64,000 nucleotides of DNA from a virus (taxonomy: Duplodnaviria > Caudoviricetes): positions 138,881 through 202,880 of the IMG/VR virus record IMGVR_UViG_3300009185_000001. One strand, 5' to 3'. The translations under genes and the position numbers were made by a program. Of this stretch, positions 30,431 through 40,262 are shown in pieces. The number at the start of each line of letters is the position of its first letter. The stretch's first letter is position 1. Under the pieces are notes generated by a model, which searched no databases, was not told the origin of the DNA, and was given only the letters and a program-made list of their open reading frames with translations.

Positions 30431-33400
30431 TTAATTGCAACCGTAAATATTATATTTAGTATCACTTGAATACCAACCAGCAGGAGTCAATAAATTACCA
30501 GAATTATCATACGTTCCTCTTTTTCTCCATCCAAAAAATTCAAATGCAAATGTATATATTCCAACAATTAATGAAATTAAATTATTTGTTTGAAGAATTT
30601 CTACTAAATTTAAATTATTTGTGGAATTTCCGGATTGGCTTTGATTTATTATATTTCCAAATTGATCAATTTCTATCGTAACTGTTATGAAACATGCTTT
30701 ATGCCTGCTAAAACCTTCTTCGGGTGTAGATTCTAAAGAATCATAACTATAAATTAACGTTCCATTATTTGTGCAATTATCTGTTGATGGAGGAGTCGGT
30801 GGATCGGTTGCTAATGGTGCGGTTGCCGTTAGCTTTGAATAAGGATCTTTAAACAAACCATAATCATTTCCATATATATCATTCTTCCAATCGGTCATTG
30901 TTCCTTTGTTTACAAGAAGTTCTTTTATTCTATTTTCATAAGAAGATGCTAAAACTTCTCTTCTTAATGTTATTGGATATTTTTCCGCGTAATCCCATGT
31001 AGATGGTAAAGGAAATTTCCAAAAATCAAAATCATCATTTTGTCTACAAAGACCTAAATTATTTCTTTTAATTATTTCGTATTTAGATTGATAAGGAGTA
31101 AATTTTTGATTGTTTAATGTATCTGTTATTCTACCAGCAGCATCCGAAGAACTATAAGATTCCATCATCCAGCGATTATCAATGTCAGTAATCATGGAAG
31201 GAGAGTATTGATCTTTTTTTGTCAACCCTCTCTGTCTTCCGCTAAATTTATTTGTATTTAGAAACAATCTTTCTGCACTTATACTGTCTATAAATGTAAG
31301 AGTATCCTTACTAACTTCCATGGAATATCCTCTTCCTCTCCAATATGAAACTCCTAGATTTTCAGGAAGCATATATTCTCCTAATTGCTTTTCTGATTTA
31401 GCTAAAGATGGTAATGAAATAGTGGCTACTGTAGGATAGAACACATTATTCATGTTTGCATACGGATGAAAAGCTTCTACAGCAACCGCAGTATTAAAAA
31501 CCGCAAAGGTATTTAAACACTTGTTTCTTAGATAAAAATCTTGTGTGTATGTAAAAGCATTACGAGCATAATAGTTATACTTGGTTGGTATAAACGAAGA
31601 ATAGCTTTCTAGTATAATATCACTTGGTTCCTCTGAACTATAGGCAATTAAATCTAAAGTATTACCGTTTCTAAAAATGTCTTGTAAATTTGAAAAATCT
31701 TTATAAAATACTATTTTATTCCATTGATAAGAAGATAGCAAAACATTTAAAGTTAAAGGTTGTGTCCATAATAAATTTGTAATCCCTCTTCTTTGATATG
31801 TCATGAAACTTCCATTGGATAGTGTCATATAAGATATTTCTGGTTGATGAACAGGTAGATATCCATCTATAAATCTTACTTGACCACCGAAGTACATTAA
31901 TTGTTTTTCAAAGTGTTGATCTAAATTTTCTTCTGGTTTTGTATATGATTTAGCCCAAAATGGTTTTCCCCCATATCCTAAACCAACTCCAGTAAGTTGA
32001 AACGAATTTGTAGAATAGTCCCATCCATTCAATTTCATATTTATTGTAAATGATATTGAAGGAGTAGTAAAAGAAGTATTATTTGATCCTTCATAGGAAA
32101 CTTCTGATCTGTGTATGTAAGTCAAATAATCACCAGAACGCAATACCATATCAGAAATATCGTTTGTTGCAATCCATTCTCCAAAAGTATTTCTAATTGC
32201 TTTATACCAAGTCGGTACAATCGATAGTTTAGAATAACTAAACAATGAAGCCAGATATTGAATAAAATTATTTAAATTTCCTTCTCCATCATACAAATAT
32301 TTTTGTAAATTAAAGTACCCATTTCTACTAGCAATTTGTTGCATATTTTCATTGAAATATGTATTAGGACCAATATCTACCGCATATATTTGTGTTCCTT
32401 TGTTTTTTAATTCAAGAGAATATGGAACGGCACTTCCAACATTTATTGTTTCATAACCATCGCTCAATATGATTATATTCTTTATAGCATTACTTCTTGG
32501 TACGTTTCTATTTGTTTTAAATTCTGCCTTTTTCTGAATAATTGCATTTAAAGAATTACAAATTTCAAAAAGACTGTCTGGTTCATTATTATCATATATT
32601 GTAGTATTTAAAATATAATCTGAAAGATACAGTGCATTGTATATGTCAGTCTGAGCAGTGTCTTTTATTGATTGTGATAAAATATCCTGAATAGCAAAAT
32701 TAATTACATTCAAATCATTAGTTAAATAAGTGGCAACTAAAGCATTTTCATTGAAAGAAATTATTGAAATCTGTACATTTACATTTCCATTGATTAAGCT
32801 AGAAGCAAATTCTTTAACTATTTCTATTGTTTTTTGTATGTCTTTGTTTTGTGAATAGCTTTTATCTATGACTATTGATATGTCAAAAACATTATCAGAA
32901 GTATTTGTGGTTATTCCTCTAATGTTTTTATATGGATAATTTACTATTAAATAAGGAGATGCATTATTTTCTTGCTCTGTTGTGCTTGCTACTAAATCAC
33001 TTCTGAAAGATGTTCTATAATATGTATATCTTCTTCCAGTTTTTAAAACCATTCTAGAACCATTTCCTGTTTTCCAAATACCACTACCCCAACCAACTTG
33101 TTTATCTCCAAATATTTCATCTAATTTATAATAAGAAAATTGAGGACTTTGTAAAGGATTTAAACCTCTTGTATCCAACCAAGTATTAAAAGCAAAATCG
33201 GCTCCTAACCCCTGTGGATCAGCAAATAAATAATCTGCCATTCCGTTATAATCAGTTACCACTTCTCCTGAATGTCCTATTGGAGAATATTTTGTAGATT
33301 TACATCTACACTTTGTCCATGCAGGTTTAGCATCAAATGGATCCGGATTTTGATAGTTTTGATTTGTATAATAATTATGAGGAGAACGTTTTACATACGG

Positions 33401-35350
33401 ACAATCCGCAGAGTGTTCCCTATAAAAGAAAACATCATCCGCTATAGTATCCTCATCCATCCAAACAAACGAAACTTTTTGCTTTGGATTTATTTTAGCA
33501 CATAATCCTCCCTGAACGACACCATCTATATGAGAAGCACAGTATATAGCATTGGTATCATATATAGAAATAGGATTCCCTCCATCTCTATTTAATAATT
33601 GAATAGACCCTGCTCCTAGCCATGCGGCTTCAATCGGATCTTCTGTTTTTGTATTTAATTTATATATTAAATCCGCATTATTAAAAGAATTTCCTGCAAC
33701 AGCACCCGTCATTATTTTCGTAGCATCTACTTCAGAAAGATTAATCGGTAAGCAAGTATCATCTAAAACAGTAATTGGAAGATTTTCATTTAAGGCATCA
33801 TATTTTAAAATAGGCCATGCAATATCATTGGTTCCCTCTGATATAGGAAGGTCTGTCTTTTCAAATTTATATAAATATGCTTGTTCTGTTTCACCAGAAA
33901 GAGCATCGCTATATGTAGGATTTATTCCAGATCCAAAAGATCTTTTTGTCAACGTATCGGCTTCATCTGAAAATTTTTCTGAAAATGCATTGCTATAAAC
34001 TAAATTCGAATCATTTATGTATATAGGAGAGGCAGCAGAGTTTGGAAGAGTATTTGTATAATATTGAGTTAGAATTTCTTTCTTTTGCTCATCCAATAGC
34101 TTTAAGTATAAAAAATAATCATCATCGTTTAAACTATATCCATCCCAAAGACTTCCTTTTGATGTCAATTTAAATCCAGGATACGGATATATAAATTCTC
34201 TCGATGTTTGTGCATTAATCGTAAACTGCATTTTATCTTCTGCTTTTATTATATTCGGACCTTTAAGCCATGCACCCTCAAGATTTCCTGATTTGTCTGT
34301 AAAAAATAAATCAGAATTAGTATAATCATCACCACCCGCTGCACCAGATTTTACAAACGAGGAATCATTAATAAGAATTGGATTGTATACATTATTAAAA
34401 ACCGTTTCATCAACAATTCTGTCACCAGAAGGCCAGTAGAACCAATTATTTCCTTGCTCTAAATCTATATTCATAGTGAAATCTGGTTGATTTATTTCAC
34501 TTGCCCTAATTGCCGTTAACCCATATACAGTTTCACCTAAATATTGTTGTGTTGCAATAATTTCATTATATATTAAATTGCTTGCATTGGCAGACAATGC
34601 AGCAGTTGAAAGAGTAGGAATTTCTAAAAGATATTGATTAAATAATCTAGACAATGGAGTATCCGCAACTCTTGAAAGATATCTAGTCGAAAGCAATTCC
34701 AACACTTCGTTTTCTTCTAAACCTTGAAATGGTATTTCATTAACAACCTGTTCTAAATCAACATACTGATTTATTGAAATAGAAGGATCAGAGTCATGAT
34801 AATTCTGAGAATCGTGCAATTCTTCTAATTCTACGAAAAAATTTCCACTAACTGATGAAAGATCAGGAAAATAATTTGATAAAGAAGATATAGGAACCTG
34901 TGTAATATAATTCTCGTCTTTAGTAAATCCTTTTAAAATATATTCATACATCAATGCTTCTAGTCCCATGTTAGAACCTGCCAGATTATAACGAAGCTTT
35001 GCATTTTTTACAGACTCTCTTTTATATGATAATACTTTGCAAACTTCCTTTAGCTTTTTAACGAAATATGGAATTGCAAATATTAATTCTTCATCATTTT
35101 TATAATCCAAATCTGCTAGAAATAAATCTTTTTCTTGCGTACCAAAAAGAAAATTTAAATCTTTTAATAATTGTATGTAATTTTCTTTAATAGCATTGCT
35201 ATTATTAGAAGTTAATAAAGTATTACTCCTATACCATTCGCGTAAATATTCTGAATAATATTCCTGTGCGGTATCTGGTTTTAAATTTTTCTGATACTTC
35301 AACCAAGTAGGATAAGTTAAAGGAGATACTGTATTTAATGGTGCTGACAT
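30431..35350 (-). CDS. Giant protein (1639 aa) with von Willebrand A domain
   Basis: ISIVIDKSYS, QISIISFNE, TDIYNAL, IIILSDGYE, IYAVDIG form a VWA/MIDAS pattern. Confidence 0.75.
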   Translation of the reverse strand: MSAPLNTVSPLTYPTWLKYQKNLKPDTAQEYYSEYLREWYRSNTLLTSNNSNAIKENYIQLLKDLNFLFGTQEKDLFLADLDYKNDEELIFAIPYFVKKLKEVCKVLSYKRESVKNAKLRYNLAGSNMGLEALMYEYILKGFTKDENYITQVPISSLSNYFPDLSSVSGNFFVELEELHDSQNYHDSDPSISINQYVDLEQVVNEIPFQGLEENEVLELLSTRYLSRVADTPLSRLFNQYLLEIPTLSTAALSANASNLIYNEIIATQQYLGETVYGLTAIRASEINQPDFTMNIDLEQGNNWFYWPSGDRIVDETVFNNVYNPILINDSSFVKSGAAGGDDYTNSDLFFTDKSGNLEGAWLKGPNIIKAEDKMQFTINAQTSREFIYPYPGFKLTSKGSLWDGYSLNDDDYFLYLKLLDEQKKEILTQYYTNTLPNSAASPIYINDSNLVYSNAFSEKFSDEADTLTKRSFGSGINPTYSDALSGETEQAYLYKFEKTDLPISEGTNDIAWPILKYDALNENLPITVLDDTCLPINLSEVDATKIMTGAVAGNSFNNADLIYKLNTKTEDPIEAAWLGAGSIQLLNRDGGNPISIYDTNAIYCASHIDGVVQGGLCAKINPKQKVSFVWMDEDTIADDVFFYREHSADCPYVKRSPHNYYTNQNYQNPDPFDAKPAWTKCRCKSTKYSPIGHSGEVVTDYNGMADYLFADPQGLGADFAFNTWLDTRGLNPLQSPQFSYYKLDEIFGDKQVGWGSGIWKTGNGSRMVLKTGRRYTYYRTSFRSDLVASTTEQENNASPYLIVNYPYKNIRGITTNTSDNVFDISIVIDKSYSQNKDIQKTIEIVKEFASSLINGNVNVQISIISFNENALVATYLTNDLNVINFAIQDILSQSIKDTAQTDIYNALYLSDYILNTTIYDNNEPDSLFEICNSLNAIIQKKAEFKTNRNVPRSNAIKNIIILSDGYETINVGSAVPYSLELKNKGTQIYAVDIGPNTYFNENMQQIASRNGYFNLQKYLYDGEGNLNNFIQYLASLFSYSKLSIVPTWYKAIRNTFGEWIATNDISDMVLRSGDYLTYIHRSEVSYEGSNNTSFTTPSISFTINMKLNGWDYSTNSFQLTGVGLGYGGKPFWAKSYTKPEENLDQHFEKQLMYFGGQVRFIDGYLPVHQPEISYMTLSNGSFMTYQRRGITNLLWTQPLTLNVLLSSYQWNKIVFYKDFSNLQDIFRNGNTLDLIAYSSEEPSDIILESYSSFIPTKYNYYARNAFTYTQDFYLRNKCLNTFAVFNTAVAVEAFHPYANMNNVFYPTVATISLPSLAKSEKQLGEYMLPENLGVSYWRGRGYSMEVSKDTLTFIDSISAERLFLNTNKFSGRQRGLTKKDQYSPSMITDIDNRWMMESYSSSDAAGRITDTLNNQKFTPYQSKYEIIKRNNLGLCRQNDDFDFWKFPLPSTWDYAEKYPITLRREVLASSYENRIKELLVNKGTMTDWKNDIYGNDYGLFKDPYSKLTATAPLATDPPTPPSTDNCTNNGTLIYSYDSLESTPEEGFSRHKACFITVTIEIDQFGNIINQSQSGNSTNNLNLVEILQTNNLISLIVGIYTFAFEFFGWRKRGTYDNSGNLLTPAGWYSSDTKYNIYGCN

Positions 35351-35404
35351 TTATAATATTTAGATTGAAAGATAATAATTTCAGCGAATAAGTACAAATA
35401 TAAC

Positions 35405-35596
35405 ATGGACACATTCACTTCAGACTATTCTTCTAATATTCCAACTGGAATAACTTCTAATCTTGTTAAAAGCGTTTCAAGAACCGTTAAAAAACCTATT
35501 AAGGTTTTAGAATATTCTTCCAAACATAAACAGGAAATAAAAAATATACAAAATATTTTATTAAAACTTGCGGAAATGTTATCAAAAGTAGATTGA
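35405..35596 (+). CDS. Small hypothetical protein
   Basis: 63-aa ORF divergent from the VWA gene. Confidence 0.4.
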   Translation: MDTFTSDYSSNIPTGITSNLVKSVSRTVKKPIKVLEYSSKHKQEIKNIQNILLKLAEMLSKVD

Positions 35597-35626
35597 CATT
35601 TATATTTTTTGCTGTATCTTTGAGGG

Positions 35627-36373
35627 ATGGGTAAAGTAATAGAGTTTATAGCAAACACAAAAGAAATGTTGGAGGTTATTGAAAAACCATATCCAGCAAT
35701 AACAAAACTTCCTGATTGGATTAGTAATACTCCTTCGTATATCAATTGTAAAAAATCTGTGGATGAATTTGGTGATCCTACCAGCACCATTAAAAAATGT
35801 CTACCCGTAGTAGATGCTATGACTGCGGGATATCATATTCCACTTCATTGCGATGTTTGGGTAGAAAATGCAGGACCAAGTGATATTAATATAAAATGGT
35901 CTTGGGATACCCTACAAGTAATTGATATGCAGAAGCAAGAACAAATGCAAACATATCCCGTTCCAGAAGGATTTTATCCTACATCATTTAAATTTATAAA
36001 TCCTTGGATTGTAAAGACTCCTGCGGGGTGGTCTTGTTTGTTTACACATCCACTCCACTATGATGATCTTCCATATAAATGCCTTCCAGCAATTGTAGAT
36101 ACCGATAAGCATCCAATTCCTGTTAATTTTTTATTCTTTTTAAATAAAAATTTTTCCGGATTGATAGAAAAGGGAACACCGATGATACAAGTCATTCCAT
36201 TTAAACGAGAAGATTTTAAATCTCAATTTTCATTTGATACAGGAAGCTTTAAGCAAAAATGGGAAAAGGCTCATCAAGTATTTTTTGATAGATATAAAAG
36301 ATTTTTCAGATCTCCCAAGAAATATGAACAAGGGGATATTAAAAATTGTCCGTTTGCATTTTTACATAAATAA
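35627..36373 (+). CDS. Conserved phage hypothetical protein (possible dUTPase-like beta fold)
   Basis: TIKKCLPVVDAMTAGY, FINPW.VKTP.GWSCLF, AIVDTD, KGTPMIQVIPFKR; TTGACA promoter at 35595. Confidence 0.55.
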   Translation: MGKVIEFIANTKEMLEVIEKPYPAITKLPDWISNTPSYINCKKSVDEFGDPTSTIKKCLPVVDAMTAGYHIPLHCDVWVENAGPSDINIKWSWDTLQVIDMQKQEQMQTYPVPEGFYPTSFKFINPWIVKTPAGWSCLFTHPLHYDDLPYKCLPAIVDTDKHPIPVNFLFFLNKNFSGLIEKGTPMIQVIPFKREDFKSQFSFDTGSFKQKWEKAHQVFFDRYKRFFRSPKKYEQGDIKNCPFAFLHK

Positions 36374-36385
36374 CTAAATATTAAT

Positions 36386-36580
36386 ATGAACCTAACATTA
36401 ACACATAAAACTGAGTTTAAACCCAATTCAAGCTTCATGGAGCGTGAATCTTTGATCAATACCGAAACTCTTAAGATAATGGATACTCTTAGACAAAAAG
36501 GGTTCTATCCACTGGAACATACAGTTACAAACAAAAACGATAAGACAGCAACGATCACAGTTGCTTATAGAGCACAATAA
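36386..36580 (+). CDS. Small hypothetical protein
   Basis: TAAATA motif at 36374 just upstream. Confidence 0.5.
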   Translation: MNLTLTHKTEFKPNSSFMERESLINTETLKIMDTLRQKGFYPLEHTVTNKNDKTATITVAYRAQ

Positions 36581-36712
36581 ATGAGTGCAGGAAAGGGAGA
36601 TAAACCTAGAAGTTGCTTTTCAAAGCAGTTTAAAGATAACTATGATTCTATAAAATGGAAGAGCAAAGAATCAGAACATAATCAAAATAATAAAACCAGC
36701 AAGAAAAAATAA
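36581..36712 (+). CDS. 43-aa basic protein (not in ORF track)
   Basis: MSAGKGDKPRSCFSKQFKDNYDSIKWK...; ATG abuts the upstream stop. Confidence 0.55.
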   Translation: MSAGKGDKPRSCFSKQFKDNYDSIKWKSKESEHNQNNKTSKKK

Positions 36713-37245
36713 TTTTCAATGTTAAAAGATTTTATTTATACTATAAAGTTTTTCTTTTGGTATGTTTTTTTTATAATAAAGAAACTTCCGACATTGACAT
36801 ACCTGTTCTTGTATAAAGAATATCTTTATATTAGAGTAATGTTTTTAGAAATTTTTAAATAATCATGTACAAAATTAAATATAAAATCGCAGAGTTTATT
36901 GTTAATATTCAATTGTTTTTCAGTAAGAAATATTCTTATCAATATTATCAGAATTTGTATCTTTTGGAAGACATAGTGAAAGAAGGATATATAGAAAAAA
37001 TTTCTAAACAAACAAAAACCGATTGGACTAATTTTTACAATTAGGTAAAAACAGGTACAAAGTTGATCTAAAAAGTACTTTAAAATAGGAAAAAAGTTCC
37101 TAAAACTGGCATAAAACTTGCTATAGGTACATATTTTTTTCAATTTTTTAAAACCACTTTTGTTTATAATCAGGGACTTATATAATTTAATATAAAATTG
37201 AATTAAAATAAGAGACTTTTCTTTGTTTTAAATATAAATAGATAT

Positions 37246-37524
37246 ATGAAATTTGATTTACTTGTAGAAAGTTTGCTAAACGAAGCCGCTCGTTGTAAGG
37301 GTCCAACTAAAAAAACCCAATCTGACCGAAAGGGTAAGAAATACATGCAGTGTGTAAAAAATCCAAAAGGCAAGGGATATAAAAGAGTTCATTTTGGACA
37401 AGCAGGAGTAAAGGTAACAGGAAAGTCTGGAAACACAAAACGAAAAAAATCATTTCGTGCAAGACACAAATGCTCCACTGCAAAACCGGGCACGGCCAAA
37501 TATTTAAGTTGTAAAAATTGGTAG
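37246..37524 (+). CDS. Small basic Cys-containing protein with likely processed N-terminus
   Basis: TATAAATA at 37233-37240; MKFDLLVESLLNE|A leader; KRKKSFRARHKC...YLSCKNW. Confidence 0.7.
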   Translation: MKFDLLVESLLNEAARCKGPTKKTQSDRKGKKYMQCVKNPKGKGYKRVHFGQAGVKVTGKSGNTKRKKSFRARHKCSTAKPGTAKYLSCKNW

Positions 37525-37554
37525 GTTAAAAATGAATGAAAACAAAAAGGCTTA

Positions 37555-38237
37555 TAAAAGAAGAAATTCTTCATATAAAAAACCGTTTAAATGCTATAAG
37601 CCTGAAATGTGAGAGTTCAAGCGATATATGTAGTTTTTTTGATTATGAAATAAGCCCTAAATTGAAAAAAGCATGTAATTCCGACTCTAGTTTTTTAGAT
37701 TATTATGCTACTTCCAAATCACTTTTAGAAATTTTTGGCCAGCTTGCAGTCCTTCGACCAGAAAAATCATATGTTTTAGATGTAATGCAAAATGTTGAAA
37801 AAAGATTAGATGATATTATAGAAAATAATGTAGAAAGAAATTATCTTATGAATTATTCTTTATTTTTTAATTATATTTTATCTCGTAGAATTTTGTATAG
37901 TCTAGATACATTAATGAATAGTGATAAATTTAAAGAAACTTTTTTAAATATAGAAAAAATAGAAAAAATGATTACTCCAAGAAATTTTGACAGTTTTAAA
38001 ACAATTATGTGGTATAATTTGTTGATATTATTTGGTATTTATGATGATAAAGATCCTGCTGGTTCTTTCAAAAAATCTGTTGAAAACTTTTTAACTTGTT
38101 TAGAATCTTTCGGTCCTTCTATTCAAAATAATACAAGGGATTATTATAAAATGCTCAGAAATGAAGAGGAATACCACATACCACCTGATAAAAAAGAATT
38201 GTATAAAAGACATGATGGTAATGATGATATGTTTTAA
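37555..38237 (+). CDS. Hypothetical protein
   Basis: Long ORF, MKTKRLIKEE start. Confidence 0.55.
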
Positions 38238-38281
38238 AATTTTTTAATTGACATACTACGTTTTTATTATATCATATTGTT

Positions 38282-39157
38282 ATGAGCAAAGTATTAATTT
38301 TAGGAAAAGGTTTCGTTGGTAACTATTTAAACAAACGACTGTCGGTTAAAAATAAACTTCACATCTCTAAAAAAGATGTGGACTACTCTGATTATAATAC
38401 ATTTTTTAATTTCTTAAAAAAGCATAAATATCCAGCACCAGAAGAACAAAGAATTGAGCATGTTATAAACTGTTCTGGATATACGGGATCTCCAAACGTA
38501 GATGCCTGTGAAGATAACAAAGAATCTTGTTATCACTACAATGTAACAATTCCATTATACATCACAGAAGCATGTAATCGTTTAAGCATTCCAATAACAC
38601 ATATCGGAAGTGGATGTATATATGATGGGTATGAAAAATTTTATAGCGAAGAAGACATTCCGAACTTTGGAGCAGATTGTCATTATTCTTCGTTTTACTC
38701 AAAGACAAAAGATGCCTTTGAAAAACTTTCTGCTCGCTTTGATAGGTCTGTGTTGAGAATTAGGATGCCATTCTGCGAAGAAGTTAATCCTAAAAATTAT
38801 ATAAACAAACTCCTCAATTATGATACTTTGATATCTAAACCAAATTCATTAACATCTTTATATGATTTGAGTTTATTTGTTAATAAGTTTATATCAAGCG
38901 GATTAAGTGGAGTTTATAATATTGTAAATGATGGATCCATCGACTCCATAGAAATTACAAGAATTCTTAAGACACATGGAGTTGATAATCCTAATTGGAA
39001 ATTCGTTTCAATTAAAGATTTATCAACTAAAACACAAAGAAGTAACTGTATTCTCTCTACAGAAAAAATTGAAAAGAATTTTGGAAAGCTTCCAAATGTC
39101 ACAGAAAGCCTAGAATGGGCAGTAAAATATTTTGCGGAAAATTTAAAAAAACAATGA
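38282..39157 (+). CDS. NAD-dependent sugar epimerase/reductase (RmlD / NRS-ER-like)
   Basis: LILGKGFVG, INCSGYTGSPNVDACE, GSGCIYDG, catalytic YSKTK. Confidence 0.85.
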   Translation: MSKVLILGKGFVGNYLNKRLSVKNKLHISKKDVDYSDYNTFFNFLKKHKYPAPEEQRIEHVINCSGYTGSPNVDACEDNKESCYHYNVTIPLYITEACNRLSIPITHIGSGCIYDGYEKFYSEEDIPNFGADCHYSSFYSKTKDAFEKLSARFDRSVLRIRMPFCEEVNPKNYINKLLNYDTLISKPNSLTSLYDLSLFVNKFISSGLSGVYNIVNDGSIDSIEITRILKTHGVDNPNWKFVSIKDLSTKTQRSNCILSTEKIEKNFGKLPNVTESLEWAVKYFAENLKKQ

Positions 39158-39483
39158 AATTTAACAATCTTTTTAAAAAATATCTGAAAGAAACTCAATT
39201 AGAATTTGATTTCAAATATCCCTCGAAAGAAGAAAAATCAGAAGAGAAGAAAAAACTTCCAGAACCTTCCTTGAAGGATAAGTCTTTGTCAGATTCAAAA
39301 TTAAGAACCTTCACCGTATTTTGGGATAGAAATACATATGAAACAACTGCCATTTCAAGGCAAGAAGCAATTTCTCATATTGCTGCTAGATTGTCAAAAG
39401 GGTCAACCAAACCTATCGGAGTTCTAAAAAATGAAATGGCAAATTCATTAGTAAGAGACGAAAAGTGGAATGTAAAATATTAA
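39154..39483 (+). CDS. Hypothetical protein
   Basis: MKFNNLFKKYLKE|T leader. Confidence 0.55.
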   Translation: MKFNNLFKKYLKETQLEFDFKYPSKEEKSEEKKKLPEPSLKDKSLSDSKLRTFTVFWDRNTYETTAISRQEAISHIAARLSKGSTKPIGVLKNEMANSLVRDEKWNVKY

Positions 39484-39528
39484 AAGATTTTTCTTGATAT
39501 TTCCAGAAATATCTCATACAGTAAATCC

Positions 39529-39672
39529 ATGTTCACATTCATGGTAATTGCCACTTCAGAAGAAGAACCGTTTCTAGTAGAAGCAAACACTCAAGAAGAA
39601 GCACAGACAAAAGCATTAGAACTCTTGGGCTGGCACGTAATCAAAACAGAAGATGATTCAGAATCTGAATAA
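39529..39672 (+). CDS. 47-aa acidic protein (not in ORF track), leaderless
   Basis: TTGATA-N17-TACAGT promoter 6 nt before ATG; MFTFMVIATSEEEPF... Confidence 0.55.
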   Translation: MFTFMVIATSEEEPFLVEANTQEEAQTKALELLGWHVIKTEDDSESE

Positions 39673-39715
39673 GATTTTTATTGACAGTAACAAAACCTTT
39701 TAATACTATATAAAA

Positions 39716-40075
39716 ATGCCAAGAGGTAGACCAAGAAAAAACATTTCTACAAAGAATCTAATTGATAAAAGTATTGTGGGTGTACGCAAGAAACGTACCA
39801 AGTCTATTGTTCCAAGTATTGTGAAAAGACCAGTGGAAGAATTGACTACTAAAGAACGCGAAGAAAGAGAAAAATGGTTGGATAGCTTCTTGCCCAAGAT
39901 TGATCTCAATAAGAAAACTGTTGTCCTTGATTTGAATAAGAATGTAGAAGCATGTAAAGAACATACCAAAGGTGCTTGCGTTCGCCCTGACATATATCTA
40001 GACTATGGATGTAATCACTGCTCGCTATTTGAGAATTGTGCATGTCGCCTAAAAAAAGTTAAAAAAAATTATTGA
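39716..40075 (+). CDS. Basic protein with Cys cluster
   Basis: MPRGRPRK (AT-hook-like) and C..C...C..C...C.C tail. Confidence 0.6.
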   Translation: MPRGRPRKNISTKNLIDKSIVGVRKKRTKSIVPSIVKRPVEELTTKEREEREKWLDSFLPKIDLNKKTVVLDLNKNVEACKEHTKGACVRPDIYLDYGCNHCSLFENCACRLKKVKKNY

Positions 40076-40100
40076 CTTTACCGGAAATTTGAAATATAGT
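40072..40100 (+). promoter_or_regulatory. sigma70-type promoter driving the RNA island
   Basis: TTGACT-ttaccggaaatttgaaa(17)-TATAGT. Confidence 0.7.
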
Positions 40101-40136
40101 CCTATACATGATTTCGAATGACAAAGCTTGGTTGGT

Positions 40137-40262
40137 AAATAATAAGAGTTTCTGTGGTGGTTACTCTTATTATTTCGGAAGTCCTACCTTCTGTGGTGGT
40201 AGGTAGGACTTCCTTAAATTTGTGAGTTGGTTCCCGATGAGCCAATGGGACTGGGAATACTC
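40137..40262 (+). ncRNA. Candidate sRNA: two perfect 13-bp hairpins with an identical loop motif plus possible pseudoknot
   Basis: AAATAATAAGAGT/ACTCTTATTATTT and GGAAGTCCTACCT/AGGTAGGACTTCC, both carrying TTCTGTGGTGGT. Confidence 0.6.

Noticed and set aside
19825-35350. Diversity-generating retroelement acting on fibre genes
   Set aside because: No reverse transcriptase and no template/variable repeat pair with A-specific mismatches was seen in the window.
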